From the NCBI GenBank assembly GCA_027491435.1, contig JAOZFG010000017.1, forward strand, positions 32,001 to 96,000: a DNA stretch of 64,000 nt. Reading direction: 5' to 3'. Made by a program: the position numbers and the translations under genes. Numbering within the stretch: the first letter of the stretch is position 1; each line of letters starts with the position of its first letter. Below, in pieces: positions 9,729-20,119 of this stretch. This DNA is from Thermoproteota archaeon. GTDB taxonomy: Archaea > Korarchaeota > Korarchaeia > Korarchaeales > Korarchaeaceae. Below the pieces are notes generated by a model, which saw nothing but the letters and a program-made list of their open reading frames with translations, had not been told where the DNA came from and did no database searches.

Positions 9729-11000
9729 ATGCAAGTGGCCGAGAAGGAACACATCAACCTAGTATTCGTGGGCCATGTAGACCACGGTAAGTCCACCCTG
9801 ATAGGGAGGATGTTCTACGACCTCAAGCTGGTAGAGGACCTTCCTCCCGAGGAACAGGCTGCTGACGCCCAGTTCGCTTGGCTGGTCGACAGGCTTAAGG
9901 AGGAGCGAGAGAGAGGTATGACCATAGACCTCTTCCACACCAAGATAGAGACCCCTCATAAGATGATCACCATAATCGACGCACCAGGTCACAGGGACTT
10001 CGTTAAGAACATGATCACCGGGGCCAGCCAGGCCGATGCCGCTGTCCTGGTGGTTTCAGCTAAGTCCGGAGAGGGAGTCCAAGCTCAGACAATAGAACAC
10101 GTCTTCCTGATAAAGACTTTGGGAGTTAACCAGCTGGTCGTGGCTATATCCAAGATGGACGATCCAACCGTTAATTACAGCCAGGAGAGGTTTGAGGAGG
10201 TAAAGGCTCAAGTAGCAGAGTTGCTCAGAAAGGTAGGGTATAACCCGGACAAGATACCTTTCATACCCGTGAGCGGTCTCAAGGGAGACAACGTGGTTAA
10301 CAAGAGTGAGAACATGCCTTGGTACAAGGGTCCAACTCTCTACGAGGTGCTTGACACGTTTAAGGCTCCGCCCAAGCCTATTGACAAGCCTTTCAGGCTT
10401 CCGATACAGGACGTGTTCTCAATAACCGGAGTCGGAACCGTAGTCGTCGGGAGGGTGGAGACTGGAGTTCTGAGGCCCGGAGACAAGGTTATAATAGAGC
10501 CTTTGGGCAAGACCGCCGAGGTTAAGAGCATAGAGATGCACCACGAGAGACTTGACAAGGCAGAGCCCGGCGACAACGTCGGAGTCAACATAAAGGGAAT
10601 CGACAGGAAGGAGATAAAGAGAGGGGACGTCATGGGTCACGTGGATAACCCGCCCACTGTGGCTAAGGAGTTCACCGCCCAGATAGTGGTGCTTCAGCAC
10701 CCGACCGCCATAGCTCCTGGTTATACCCCTGTTATACACGCCCATACCGGCCACATGGCTTGTAAGATGGTGTCAATAGAGAAGAAGCTAGATCCCAGGA
10801 CTGGTCAGGTGATAGAGGAGAACCCGAGCTTCATTAGGAAGGGAGAAGCTGCTATCGTGAAATTCCAGCCACTCAAGCCCTTCGTCATAGAGAAGTATAG
10901 CGAGTTCCCGCCTCTAGGAAGGTTTGCCGTCAGGGACATGGGAATAACGGTCGCCGCAGGCATAGTGCTGGATGTCGTGCCGCTGGAGAGGAAGAAATAA
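9729..11000 (+). CDS. tuf: translation elongation factor EF-1 alpha
   Basis: [36 protein letters not shown] motifs. Confidence 0.99.
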   Translation: MQVAEKEHINLVFVGHVDHGKSTLIGRMFYDLKLVEDLPPEEQAADAQFAWLVDRLKEERERGMTIDLFHTKIETPHKMITIIDAPGHRDFVKNMITGASQADAAVLVVSAKSGEGVQAQTIEHVFLIKTLGVNQLVVAISKMDDPTVNYSQERFEEVKAQVAELLRKVGYNPDKIPFIPVSGLKGDNVVNKSENMPWYKGPTLYEVLDTFKAPPKPIDKPFRLPIQDVFSITGVGTVVVGRVETGVLRPGDKVIIEPLGKTAEVKSIEMHHERLDKAEPGDNVGVNIKGIDRKEIKRGDVMGHVDNPPTVAKEFTAQIVVLQHPTAIAPGYTPVIHAHTGHMACKMVSIEKKLDPRTGQVIEENPSFIRKGEAAIVKFQPLKPFVIEKYSEFPPLGRFAVRDMGITVAAGIVLDVVPLERKK

Positions 11001-11034
11001 AAACCCTCTCCCTTTATTTATGGAGTGATTGAAA

Positions 11035-11346
11035 ATGGGGGAGACTCTAAGGATAGAGATGGTCAGCACCAACCCAAGGAGCCTGGACGAGGTATCTCGG
11101 AAGTTCAAGGAGATAGCTGTCCAGATGGGAATAAGGATAAAGGGGCCCATACCTCTACCCACCAAGAGACTCAGGGTTACAACTCTGAGGAACCCCTCTG
11201 GAGAGGGCACCAACAGATACGACAAGTTCGAGCTCAGAATCCATAAAAGGATAATAGATATACCTAATCCCGATGAAAGGTTCATAAGAAGTATAATGGG
11301 CCTCCCCATACCAGATGATGTTAAGATAAGCGTCGTTATGCTGTAA
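11035..11346 (+). CDS. rps10: 30S ribosomal protein S10 (uS10)
   Basis: GPIPLPTK, FELRIHKR; follows tuf. Confidence 0.97.
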   Translation: MGETLRIEMVSTNPRSLDEVSRKFKEIAVQMGIRIKGPIPLPTKRLRVTTLRNPSGEGTNRYDKFELRIHKRIIDIPNPDERFIRSIMGLPIPDDVKISVVML

Positions 11347-11400
11347 TATGCGCAATACTTTTTCTAAACCTGTTTTTAAGGAGTAGCTATTCTTGTTAAG

Positions 11401-11487
11401 CGCCGGGGGAGGGATTCGAACCCTCGCGGCCCGGAGGGCCACCCGCTCTCAAGGCGGGCACCTTGGTCCTGGCTCGGCCACCCCGGC
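11401..11487 (-). tRNA. tRNA-Ser(TGA)
   Basis: GCCGGGG acceptor, CCCGC-CT-TGA-GA-GCGGG anticodon arm, long variable arm, GTTCGAATC. Confidence 0.96.
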
Positions 11488-11522
11488 TACAAGTATGATA
11501 GAAGGAGAGGGGTATAAAAAAC

Positions 11523-11921
11523 TCACTTGAGGGGGACGAACTTGCTCGACCTGGTGGCTCCCTTCCCTGGCTTTCCATGCCTCACTATCCTGTTGGTCAT
11601 GGCGAACTCCCCAAGGTAATGGCCTATCATCTCTGGGACTATCTCCACTTCAACGAATTCCTTTCCGTTATGTACTGCTATCTTCATGCCCACCATCTCC
11701 GGCAGGACGGGCATGTCCCTCCTGTGTGTTCTTATCACTTTGTTTATCCCCTTCCTCTTGTATTTTCTTATTTTGTCCAATAACTTCTTGTTCTCGGGTG
11801 AAAGCCCCCTCTTTAACGTCCTCCTCATTCTAGCTGGCATTATCTCAGCTAGATCATCTAAGGACATCTCCATCAGCTGTTCAAGGGTATAACCCTTGTA
11901 AGTGAAGGCCTTGGACGACAT
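11523..11921 (-). CDS. rps19: 30S ribosomal protein S19 (uS19)
   Basis: [33 protein letters not shown]. Confidence 0.98.
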   Translation of the reverse strand: MSSKAFTYKGYTLEQLMEMSLDDLAEIMPARMRRTLKRGLSPENKKLLDKIRKYKRKGINKVIRTHRRDMPVLPEMVGMKIAVHNGKEFVEVEIVPEMIGHYLGEFAMTNRIVRHGKPGKGATRSSKFVPLK

Positions 11922-11952
11922 GTTCCTCTCACCTCACATAGGGCGTGGGGGT

Positions 11953-12687
11953 TTATAAGCCTGCCCTTCTCTTGGCCCTGCCCGTCTTTCTGGCAGCAAT
12001 GTGTCCCACCTTCTGTCCTGGAGGAGCTGTCCTAGCCACAGTTGTCGGTTTACCAGGCCTCTTGTGCGATCCCCCGCCATGCGGATGGCTCACTGGATTC
12101 ATAGCAACGCCTCTGACCACCGGCCACCTCTTCGGGTGCGTTCTTTCGTGGTGATACTTGTTTCCTGCCTTTAAGAAAGGCTTCTCCGTCCTGCCTCCTC
12201 CGGCTACAACACCTATGGTGGCCCTGCAGTCGCCAGTCACCACCTTTTCCTTTCTAGAAGGTAACCTCAATATCACCTTATCTCCGTCGTGAGAGAACAC
12301 CAGCACATAAGTCCCGCTCCTCCTCGCTATCTTGCCGCCGTCACCCTTCCTTATCTCGACGTTGCACACCAATGTTCCATCGGGTATTTTTGACAGGGGT
12401 AGTACATTTCCTGTCTTGAGCTCGGCGTCTGGCCCTATCTGAATCTCCTGACCTACATAGACACCCTCAGGGGGTATGTAGTACATGACCTCCCCATTCT
12501 CCAGGACTACTTTAGCTAGGGGGGTGTGCCTCCCCGGCTCATGTATGAACTCCTTGATGATTCCCTTGATCGTGGAATTTATCCCTAGTTCAGCAGGGTA
12601 TTTGGCTGGAGCGACCTTAAGGTGGGCCCTTGACCTAAACTGTATGCCGCCCCTTCCCTTCCTCTGAACGAGGATCCGCTTCCCCAT
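11953..12687 (-). CDS. rpl2: 50S ribosomal protein L2 (uL2)
   Basis: MGKRILVQRKG, VRGVAMNPVSHPHGGG. Confidence 0.99.
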   Translation of the reverse strand: MGKRILVQRKGRGGIQFRSRAHLKVAPAKYPAELGINSTIKGIIKEFIHEPGRHTPLAKVVLENGEVMYYIPPEGVYVGQEIQIGPDAELKTGNVLPLSKIPDGTLVCNVEIRKGDGGKIARRSGTYVLVFSHDGDKVILRLPSRKEKVVTGDCRATIGVVAGGGRTEKPFLKAGNKYHHERTHPKRWPVVRGVAMNPVSHPHGGGSHKRPGKPTTVARTAPPGQKVGHIAARKTGRAKRRAGL

Positions 12688-12696
12688 TCAATCACC

Positions 12697-12972
12697 CTAC
12701 ACGAGTATGCCCAGTTTAGGAGCCACGTCTGAGGCTTTATACTTTGGTTTGAGCTTAACGTAAGCCTTCTTCCTTCCATCGGGAGTTATTAGAGTCCAGA
12801 CCTTATCTACCTTGACCTCCAGTATCTCCTCCACCGCCCTCTTTATTTCCTGCTTGTTAGCCCTTAGGTTAACGTAGAAGGTCAATTTATTCTCCTCATT
12901 TATCAATCTAACGGCCTTCTCGGTTGACACAGGACTTATTATAACATCATAAGGGTCAAACTTCTTATACAA
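12697..12972 (-). CDS. rpl23: 50S ribosomal protein L23 (uL23)
   Basis: TEKA, ANK.EIK.AVE, KKAYVKL. Confidence 0.97.
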   Translation of the reverse strand: MYKKFDPYDVIISPVSTEKAVRLINEENKLTFYVNLRANKQEIKRAVEEILEVKVDKVWTLITPDGRKKAYVKLKPKYKASDVAPKLGILV

Positions 12973-13756
12973 GCTTAACCACCTCCATAAGCTTGGAAAG
13001 GGCCTCGTTAGACCAGACGGTAAGCCTGCCGGGTACTCCTCCGGGAGCCAAGTGCATTACGCTTAGGTTTCTTAGGCTTACTACGTCGACGCCCGGGATG
13101 TTCCTGGCCGCTCTAGCTATGGGGGCTCCCTCATTCATGTAGACTATCAGGGGGCCCTTGGCCCTCTGCCTTACTCTTCCCCTCATCTTGCCCCTACCAG
13201 CTCTTATCTTCCTGAACCTATACTTAGTTCTCTCCAGTTCATCCTGAAGGCCCAGCGAGATTAGTAGGGAGTAAACTTCCTTAGTCTTCCTCAAACTCTC
13301 TAAATCGTCAATTACAACCAGGGGGAATTGATCTATTCCATCGACCCTGTGCCTAGCCCTCACCAATTCAGGCACTGAGGTGGCGGCTATAGCTGAAAGG
13401 AGAGCCAACCTCCTCTCCTTCCTGTTTACCCTCTCCCATATTGATCTGGGAGACCTTGGGGCCATTACCCTAACTCCCCCAACGGCCATGGCTGCCCTGG
13501 CGGCATTCCCGGCCTTCGGATACCCCCTTCCCTTAACTCTAGGGACTCTTGCCACTCCATGGCCAGCCCCCCAGGATTCGGCCGAGGTCCTCAGGCCAGC
13601 TAGGGGATCCCTATACTTTTGCTGAATTCTAGCGGTCAACTGGGATAAGTATACCCTTCTGATCACGTCGGGCCGTACTACGTAATCGAACACCTCTGGC
13701 AGGGTAACCTTACCTACTTCGTTACCGCTGAGATCGTAAAGCGGCACCTCTCTCAT
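12965..13756 (-). CDS. rpl4: 50S ribosomal protein L4 (uL4)
   Basis: TSAESWG.G.GVARVPR, HLAPGG.PGRL. Confidence 0.98.
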   Translation of the reverse strand: MREVPLYDLSGNEVGKVTLPEVFDYVVRPDVIRRVYLSQLTARIQQKYRDPLAGLRTSAESWGAGHGVARVPRVKGRGYPKAGNAARAAMAVGGVRVMAPRSPRSIWERVNRKERRLALLSAIAATSVPELVRARHRVDGIDQFPLVVIDDLESLRKTKEVYSLLISLGLQDELERTKYRFRKIRAGRGKMRGRVRQRAKGPLIVYMNEGAPIARAARNIPGVDVVSLRNLSVMHLAPGGVPGRLTVWSNEALSKLMEVVKLV

Positions 13757-13770
13757 TTTGATCAACCCCT

Positions 13771-14796
13771 TCACTTCTTCAGCCAGCCCACCGAGCTTAT
13801 ATAGGTTATCTCCGGAGCTGGCAGTTCATCGTAAGTGGGCCTTATCGGATCCCTCATCATGACGAACCTCTTGGCCGGCCCTGGAATTGAGCCGGAGAGC
13901 AACACGTAGTGCGTTCTAAGCACGCCGTAGTTCTTGAAACCTCCCTTGGGAGTTACGTCAATCGAGTCCTCCTTTGTGGGGTCTGCTATAAGCAATATCC
14001 TCTTGTTATACTCCGTCCTCTTGTGGTATCCAGTCTGCCCGGCCCTAGGAACCCTCCAAGTAACGTAGGGCGGATGCCTGGAGCCTAAGCTGCCGACCCT
14101 CCACCTGCCCTTCCCGGCTTTGTGTCTCAGCAGTTCCACGCCAAACCTCCTGACAACTCCCTGCCATCCGTGTCCCTTGGTAACCGCTGTCACGTCAACT
14201 AACTGACCTGTCTTAAACACGTCGAAGATGCTGACCTGTTTTCCTACGAGGGACTTGACATATGCAAACCTCTCGGCCATATCAGCTCCTTTTACAGGTA
14301 TTTCAAGGAATTCGGGCTTTTTCTTATGGATTCCTGCCAGATCTGGCCGTGTATAGGCTAAAATTCTAATCTCCTCCACTTCAGACAAGTTGTCCTCTAT
14401 CTTGGGAAGGGCCTTATCTAAGTTGTCTATGCTGTTCTTTTTACCCATGGTCAGCCTTATCCTAGGAATTACTTTATTTTTCTCTTCTTTAACTATTCTG
14501 AGGGCGGTGGTTATAGGTTTAAGTCCATAAGGCGTCCCTCTATAAGCCCTAACGCCCACTACATTTATTGGAGGTGATTCAACCACCGTCGAAGCTAGAG
14601 TTATGTACTGCCCCTGAAGCAGCTTGCCCGGCCTGTCCTCCTTCATGTAAACGTGAACCATACCTACCTTGTAACCTGGGAAGGCCACTAGCTTGGGATT
14701 TTCTATCTCCAGTTCAGGGTAGGACCTGAAGGTTGCCTTCTGGGTCCTAGCTCTTTTCCTAGGCCTGAACTGAAGAGAACCGTGTCTCCTAGGCAT
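13771..14796 (-). CDS. rpl3: 50S ribosomal protein L3 (uL3)
   Basis: GSL.F.PRKRA, GYKVGM, TKGHG.QG, RAGQ.GYH.RTEYNK. Confidence 0.98.
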   Translation of the reverse strand: MPRRHGSLQFRPRKRARTQKATFRSYPELEIENPKLVAFPGYKVGMVHVYMKEDRPGKLLQGQYITLASTVVESPPINVVGVRAYRGTPYGLKPITTALRIVKEEKNKVIPRIRLTMGKKNSIDNLDKALPKIEDNLSEVEEIRILAYTRPDLAGIHKKKPEFLEIPVKGADMAERFAYVKSLVGKQVSIFDVFKTGQLVDVTAVTKGHGWQGVVRRFGVELLRHKAGKGRWRVGSLGSRHPPYVTWRVPRAGQTGYHKRTEYNKRILLIADPTKEDSIDVTPKGGFKNYGVLRTHYVLLSGSIPGPAKRFVMMRDPIRPTYDELPAPEITYISSVGWLKK

Positions 14797-14879
14797 TTCA
14801 CTTACACCCTGTCAATCCATACCAAGGTTTGATTTAGGTATATTAAATTTGACGGTCCTCGGGCCGGGCTTGAAATCAC

Positions 14880-15536
14880 TCACTTAAGCACCTTGCCCGT
14901 CTCCATGTACCAGAGGTAGAGATCTAGCTCCCCTAAGGGGACGCCTACCTCCTCAGCCACCTTCTTTAGGATGCCCTCTAACTCTAGGTACCTTCGTTTG
15001 GTTAGGGTCTTTGGCTTCTTTATTATCCCATACCTTTCGAGTAAGTCAAGTATGTGGTAATCGATTATGGCCACGTTCTCAAACCCCACGTTTCTAAGAA
15101 AGTGGCTCGCCTCTTTGTAGCCTAGGCCCTTAACGTTCTTAGCCAACCAATCCCTCAGGTTATTCACGTCTTTATAGGAGCTCAGTATTCTCTTAAGGTT
15201 GCCGAGCAATCTCCTAGCTTCGACTATATACTGAGCTCTAGCCTTAGGGTACCTGTGACCCATCTCCCTGAGCTTCTCCTCCAATTCCTCTTGGTTTAAG
15301 TATATAAATCCATTTCCCAATTTCTCTTGAATTCTTATTCCTCCCATGGCACTATAGTTAGCGGTTAATAGACAGAAGCAGAGTTCTTGAAATATTCTCT
15401 CCTCAGTACTCTGGCCGATCCTCTTGAACTCCCTCATCCTCTCCTTAACGGCCCTCTTTACCTTCTCATCGTTCATTACCCTCCTAAGGTCCTCTATTAA
15501 CTTACTCAGGTTGTTTAGGTTGACCTCCATGGGCAT
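14880..15536 (-). CDS. ogg: 8-oxoguanine N-glycosylase/DNA lyase (Ogg)
   Basis: ELCFCLLTAN, VKGLGYKEASHFLRNVG, ELDLYLWY. Confidence 0.93.
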   Translation of the reverse strand: MPMEVNLNNLSKLIEDLRRVMNDEKVKRAVKERMREFKRIGQSTEERIFQELCFCLLTANYSAMGGIRIQEKLGNGFIYLNQEELEEKLREMGHRYPKARAQYIVEARRLLGNLKRILSSYKDVNNLRDWLAKNVKGLGYKEASHFLRNVGFENVAIIDYHILDLLERYGIIKKPKTLTKRRYLELEGILKKVAEEVGVPLGELDLYLWYMETGKVLK

Positions 15537-15539
15537 CAC

Positions 15540-15950
15540 TTAAAGATCCACTATAACTGTTGCCCTCCAGAGGCCATCCTCTTTCTTAACTGAGAACCTG
15601 TGATAGGTTATCGCCTTGATCTCGGTCTTGGGATCGTGTTTCTCCGGATTTATTTCCTCACCCTTGCACACGGCTTCGAGCCTGTTATCCTCTATCTTAA
15701 CGTCAAACTGAGAGAATACTAGGCCCTCAACGTCTGTTATAAACAGGAGTTCTGAAAGCCATGAGTGCAATAACATGCTCAGGTCAGGGGCCTCTAGCCT
15801 TATCTCCCTGGAAACGATCGGCTCTACCTTACTCACGTCCACCATTATGTGGTAAAGGGCTAGCGCAGCTTCTTTGAACAACCCTTCGAGCGTCTCAGAC
15901 CAGACCTCGAAGCCTATGTCTGCCTCAACTTCGATGAGCCTCCTGCCCAT
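15540..15950 (-). CDS. archease (RtcB cofactor)
   Basis: ADIG, WLSELL, EIKAITYH, VIVDL motifs. Confidence 0.92.
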   Translation of the reverse strand: MGRRLIEVEADIGFEVWSETLEGLFKEAALALYHIMVDVSKVEPIVSREIRLEAPDLSMLLHSWLSELLFITDVEGLVFSQFDVKIEDNRLEAVCKGEEINPEKHDPKTEIKAITYHRFSVKKEDGLWRATVIVDL

Positions 15951-16814
15951 TCAGCCACCCTTAACAATAACGTACGCGCGATCATTAATCCTTATAGTCT
16001 TCTCCTTGAACTTAGCAGGCCTTTTATCGAATATGTCGTATCCTCTCTTTGCCCTAACCACGTTAAGGAGGTTTCCTACTGGGGATGAATCAACCTCGTC
16101 CAGGTTTATCTCCTGAGACAGTAAGATTACCCTGTAATTCTTGAAGTACACGCTGAATTTAGTGCCGTTGATGGCTACCTTAGAGGAGCTTCCATCTTCT
16201 ACCTTGACACCGTTTATGACTAAGGAGCCTTCCTTAACGGACATGTTAACTCCCTTCAGCAGAACGGCTATCGCGTTATCATCTTTAACGTCGTATACGC
16301 TGGAATTCGCTTGTATGGATAGAGAGCCCCCTTTAATCAACAAAAATACGTCCCTCATTAGGTATTTCCCTTCATCAACTCCACATAACCCTAAATAGGC
16401 CGCCTCTACCTTGGAGTTAGAGAGGGTCAGGTTAACGCAGTTGTACCCGCTAAGCCCGGTTAGATTGGGAGGGGCTAACGTCCCGTTCCTGAACTCTAGA
16501 TTATAGATTCCTGAGTTATTATGGGCCTTGACAAAAAGGATTGTAGGTCCTCCCCCCAACAGATTCAGTGAAATTATCCAGAACATTAACAGGGCTAAGA
16601 AAGATGAGCCGGCTCCCTCCCTGTAGATCTTCGTCAGCCCCATGTCCCCTAGCTTCGATCCCCAAGCCTTCAAACTCATTGGAACGGACAAAAAGAACGC
16701 TAACACGTAAAGGCTGAGTCCCTCAGCTGGACTTAGATTAAGAATTCCGCTTACCATGCCCACAATAATCGCTAAGGCTATTTTTAGTGAGAACACCTTA
16801 TTCTTCGGGTCCAT
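15951..16814 (-). CDS. EMC6-like 3-TM protein fused to an extracellular domain
   Basis: First ~86 aa match the EMC6/Rab5ip pattern (G..SGIL.L...G...Y; G.G...L.FW); C-terminal part has many N-x-S/T sequons. Confidence 0.55.
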   Translation of the reverse strand: MDPKNKVFSLKIALAIIVGMVSGILNLSPAEGLSLYVLAFFLSVPMSLKAWGSKLGDMGLTKIYREGAGSSFLALLMFWIISLNLLGGGPTILFVKAHNNSGIYNLEFRNGTLAPPNLTGLSGYNCVNLTLSNSKVEAAYLGLCGVDEGKYLMRDVFLLIKGGSLSIQANSSVYDVKDDNAIAVLLKGVNMSVKEGSLVINGVKVEDGSSSKVAINGTKFSVYFKNYRVILLSQEINLDEVDSSPVGNLLNVVRAKRGYDIFDKRPAKFKEKTIRINDRAYVIVKGG

Positions 16815-16866
16815 CGGGTTGAATGATAGCTTCTATTTAAAAAGGGGACCCTCTTTTACCGGGACC

Positions 16867-18759
16867 ATGAGGCGGCTGACTGGCTTGGACTTACGTCACC
16901 TCGTCAGGGAACTGGTCGGTCTCCAGGGTAATATTGTTAAGAAGATTTACTCTAGTGGCGATAAGTTATTAGGTATTTCAATCTATCCAGGAGTTACAGG
17001 GAAGAGAGACCTCATAATAGACCTCAGGGGGTACTCCTTCCTGAGCGATAGAAAGTGGAGCTGGCCGCAGGTCCCTCCTGCCATAGCCATGGGGCTTAGG
17101 AAGCACTTAGTTGGTAGGAGGATAGCGTCAATAAGGCAACCCAGGATGGAGAGAATACTTGAATTTGAATTCGGATCCAATATTAAGTTAATAGTTGAGT
17201 TGTTTGGCGGGGGAAATATCATACTTGTAAAGGATGGAAGCATAAAGTTGATAAAGGAGAGGGCCTCTTTCTCCGAAAGGGTTCTTAGGGAGGGCGTCGA
17301 GTACACCTATCCACCGTCACGATCGATTGATATTAGAGGCCCGGACGATGTGTTAGACGCTTTGAAGGAGTTTCGGGGAGAGGTGTGGAGGGCTTTAACT
17401 AACTTGTTCGGCATAGGTCCCCCTTACATAGACGAGGTATGCTCATACCTGAGAGTAGACCCCAGGAGTCCTCTAAGCGAAGTTAACTTGGAGGAGTTGG
17501 CCCATCAGGTTTACTCTTTAATTTCAGCTGAGTCCAGGCCCACAATTTACCTGAAAGGCGGTAAAGTCGTCAACTTCTCAGTAGTTCCCTTAAGCACGCT
17601 AGAAGGGTTTGAAGTTAAGGCCGTCCCTACACTTTCAGAGGCCGTAGAGATGTACTACCTAGATAACGCTATTACCCAGATTGAAGATAGGCGTGTGGAA
17701 TCTTTAAGACACGAGATAGAGAGACAGAGATCGCTGAAGGAGGGCTACTTGAGGAAAGCTGAGGAGCTTAGGAGAAAAGGGGATCTAATCTATCAGAACA
17801 TCTATTACCTAAAAGGGGTTCTAGAGGATGTGAGGAAGGGGTTAGCCCCTAAGGGAGTCGTCTCCCTGAATAAAAAGGAGCACAGAGTGGTAGTCAGCGT
17901 GAATGGTGTGAACGTTGAGATGGACTTCCTGAAGAGCCCGCAGGAAAACGCCGCTGATTACTACAACAAAGCCAAAAAGCTAGAGGAGAAAGCCTCCAAG
18001 ATAGATGGAGTGGTTGAGTCCTTAAGTAAGAGAATGGAAGAGCTTGCCAGGGAAGTTGAGGAGAGAGCTGAGGCTTATAGACCTAAGAAGAGGAGGAAGA
18101 AGAGGTGGTTTGAGAGGTTCAGATGGTTCTACACAAGCTCGGGAAAGCTGGTTCTCATAGGCAGGGATCAACAGACTAACAGTGAGCTAGTATCCAGATA
18201 CTTAGAGGATGAAGATCTTTTCTTTCACGTTGACATGCCTGGCGGGGCTGTGGTCATACTAAAGTCCTCGGGCGAACCTGATGAAGACTCCATAGAGCAA
18301 GCAGCCGCTGCTGCAGGAGTTTACTCAAGGGCTTGGCGAGAGGGCCTCTCCGTCGCCGACGTTTACTATGTTACAGGTAAGCAGGTCTCCAGACACGCTC
18401 CTTCCGGCCTTTACGTGCCCAAAGGAAGCTTCTACATATCAGGAAGGAGGAATTACGTTAGAGTAAAGTTAGTCATATGCGTCGGCTTTCAAGAGGTTGA
18501 AGGGGAACTTAGGGTGACAGCCGCCCCGCCAGGAGTTCCTCTGGTAGGCAAAATATGTCTAGCACCGGGCTTTATCAGTAAGGAGGAGATCTCAAAATTT
18601 TTAGTAAAACTCCTTAATGAAAAACTCGGACGTGTGATGCATGGGTCAGCCACTGATAAGTCTAAAAGGGAGACCCAACAGATTAATGATGGGATCATAG
18701 TAACAGTAGATGATGTGATGAGGATCCTTCCATCAGGTAGATTCAAGGTCTTGGAGTGA
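16867..18759 (+). CDS. rqcH: ribosome quality-control factor Rqc2/NEMF (aRqcH)
   Basis: LRKHL, ELFGGGNIIL, WFERFRWF, GRD...N, FH.D..G NFACT motifs; likely start ATG 16867. Confidence 0.93.
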   Translation: MRRLTGLDLRHLVRELVGLQGNIVKKIYSSGDKLLGISIYPGVTGKRDLIIDLRGYSFLSDRKWSWPQVPPAIAMGLRKHLVGRRIASIRQPRMERILEFEFGSNIKLIVELFGGGNIILVKDGSIKLIKERASFSERVLREGVEYTYPPSRSIDIRGPDDVLDALKEFRGEVWRALTNLFGIGPPYIDEVCSYLRVDPRSPLSEVNLEELAHQVYSLISAESRPTIYLKGGKVVNFSVVPLSTLEGFEVKAVPTLSEAVEMYYLDNAITQIEDRRVESLRHEIERQRSLKEGYLRKAEELRRKGDLIYQNIYYLKGVLEDVRKGLAPKGVVSLNKKEHRVVVSVNGVNVEMDFLKSPQENAADYYNKAKKLEEKASKIDGVVESLSKRMEELAREVEERAEAYRPKKRRKKRWFERFRWFYTSSGKLVLIGRDQQTNSELVSRYLEDEDLFFHVDMPGGAVVILKSSGEPDEDSIEQAAAAAGVYSRAWREGLSVADVYYVTGKQVSRHAPSGLYVPKGSFYISGRRNYVRVKLVICVGFQEVEGELRVTAAPPGVPLVGKICLAPGFISKEEISKFLVKLLNEKLGRVMHGSATDKSKRETQQINDGIIVTVDDVMRILPSGRFKVLE

Positions 18760-18765
18760 TAAAAT

Positions 18766-19257
18766 ATGTGGGCCCTGATACCCCCTGATGAGGATGAGGA
18801 GGCGAGGGTTAGGCTTACAGTATCAGATATAATGAACAGGAACATAGTTTACGTGGAGCCAGAGGACAGCGTGTACAAAGCTGCAAAGCTAATGAAGGAG
18901 CATGGCATCGGTTCCGTTGTGGTCCTCAAGAGCGGAGAGTTAAAGGGATTAGTCACTGAGAGGGACCTCATAACAAGGTACATAGCTAAGGGCGATGGGA
19001 GGAGGCCTGAAGACGTTAAGGTAAGTGAGGTCATGACGTCTAACCCGGTAGTAGTTAAGGAAAACACGGAGGTGGACGAAGCCGCCAGGCTTATGGTGGA
19101 GAAGAATATAAGGCGTCTCCTCGTGGTTAACTCATCTGGAAAGCTTGTAGGAATAGTATCAAGTCGGGACATAATCAGAATAGCTCCTCACATATGGTTT
19201 ATCCTATCGGAGAAGCTTAGGATGGCCAGGTCCAAGAGGGGGTGGAGCCTTATCTAA
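18766..19257 (+). CDS. CBS domain pair protein
   Basis: Two CBS repeats (GLVTERDL, GIVSSRDI). Confidence 0.9.
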   Translation: MWALIPPDEDEEARVRLTVSDIMNRNIVYVEPEDSVYKAAKLMKEHGIGSVVVLKSGELKGLVTERDLITRYIAKGDGRRPEDVKVSEVMTSNPVVVKENTEVDEAARLMVEKNIRRLLVVNSSGKLVGIVSSRDIIRIAPHIWFILSEKLRMARSKRGWSLI

Positions 19258-19273
19258 CCCCCACGATCCCCCT

Positions 19274-20119
19274 GTGGAGGGTGGTGTCTTGAGGAAGGTT
19301 AGGGATTACATGAGTAGGAATGTCGTTTTTGTCAGGCCTACAGACACCTTGGGAAAGGCCAGGAATTTAATGTTAGAAAACAGGATAAGGCGTCTCGTGG
19401 TGGTCGATAACGGGAAGGTTGTGGGGATAATCACTGCCTTTGACATAGCTAAAGCCCTCTCTAGGAGGGGAGCCCCCTGGAGGTGGAGGAACCCAGAGAG
19501 CTCCCTGGTGGAGAGGTTTATGGCCCCAAACCCCGTGACGATAGAGCCTGAGTCCAGCGTGTTCTCTGCTGCCGAGCTAATGCATGAACGCAGAGTAGGA
19601 GGACTACCTGTTGTGGATAACGGCACCCTGGAGGGCATTATAACTGAGACCGACGTGACTCGGTTCTACGCTGAAAACTTGCACGGCAGGTTTAGGGTTA
19701 GGGAGCTCATGGACGAGGACTACGTTACGGTCACGCCCAACGCTAACCTGAAAAGGGTAGCTAAGCTGATAACCAAGGACAGGAAAGGTCATGTCTTGGT
19801 GGTAGACAGCTCAGGAAGGCTTCTGGGAATAGTGACTGAGGGAGATCTAGCGTTGTGGGAACCTTCGCTAGCTAGGAAGTACGTGCTTATCCCCTCCAAG
19901 ACTGGAAGGATGTCCAAGGACTTGAGGGCAAAGACGGTGGAGCAGATAATGAGAAGGGTTGACGTGACTCTATCCACGGAAGATGACGCCAGTAAGGCGG
20001 CTAGAATGCTCATAGAGTGGGGATTAAACGTCTTTCCAGTTGTAAACAGTTCTGGGAAGATAGTGGGCGTTATAGATAAGAAGACTATAGTGAGGGGTGT
20101 CGTGAATGCGTCTAACTGA
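19274..20119 (+). CDS. four-CBS-domain protein
   Basis: Four CBS repeats (GIIT..D type motifs). Confidence 0.9.
   Translation: MEGGVLRKVRDYMSRNVVFVRPTDTLGKARNLMLENRIRRLVVVDNGKVVGIITAFDIAKALSRRGAPWRWRNPESSLVERFMAPNPVTIEPESSVFSAAELMHERRVGGLPVVDNGTLEGIITETDVTRFYAENLHGRFRVRELMDEDYVTVTPNANLKRVAKLITKDRKGHVLVVDSSGRLLGIVTEGDLALWEPSLARKYVLIPSKTGRMSKDLRAKTVEQIMRRVDVTLSTEDDASKAARMLIEWGLNVFPVVNSSGKIVGVIDKKTIVRGVVNASN

Noticed and set aside
11396-11578. Short ORFs overlapping tRNA genes (also 29729, 32430, 39981, 40227, 61242, 61426)
   Set aside because: Explained by the GC-rich tRNA sequence.
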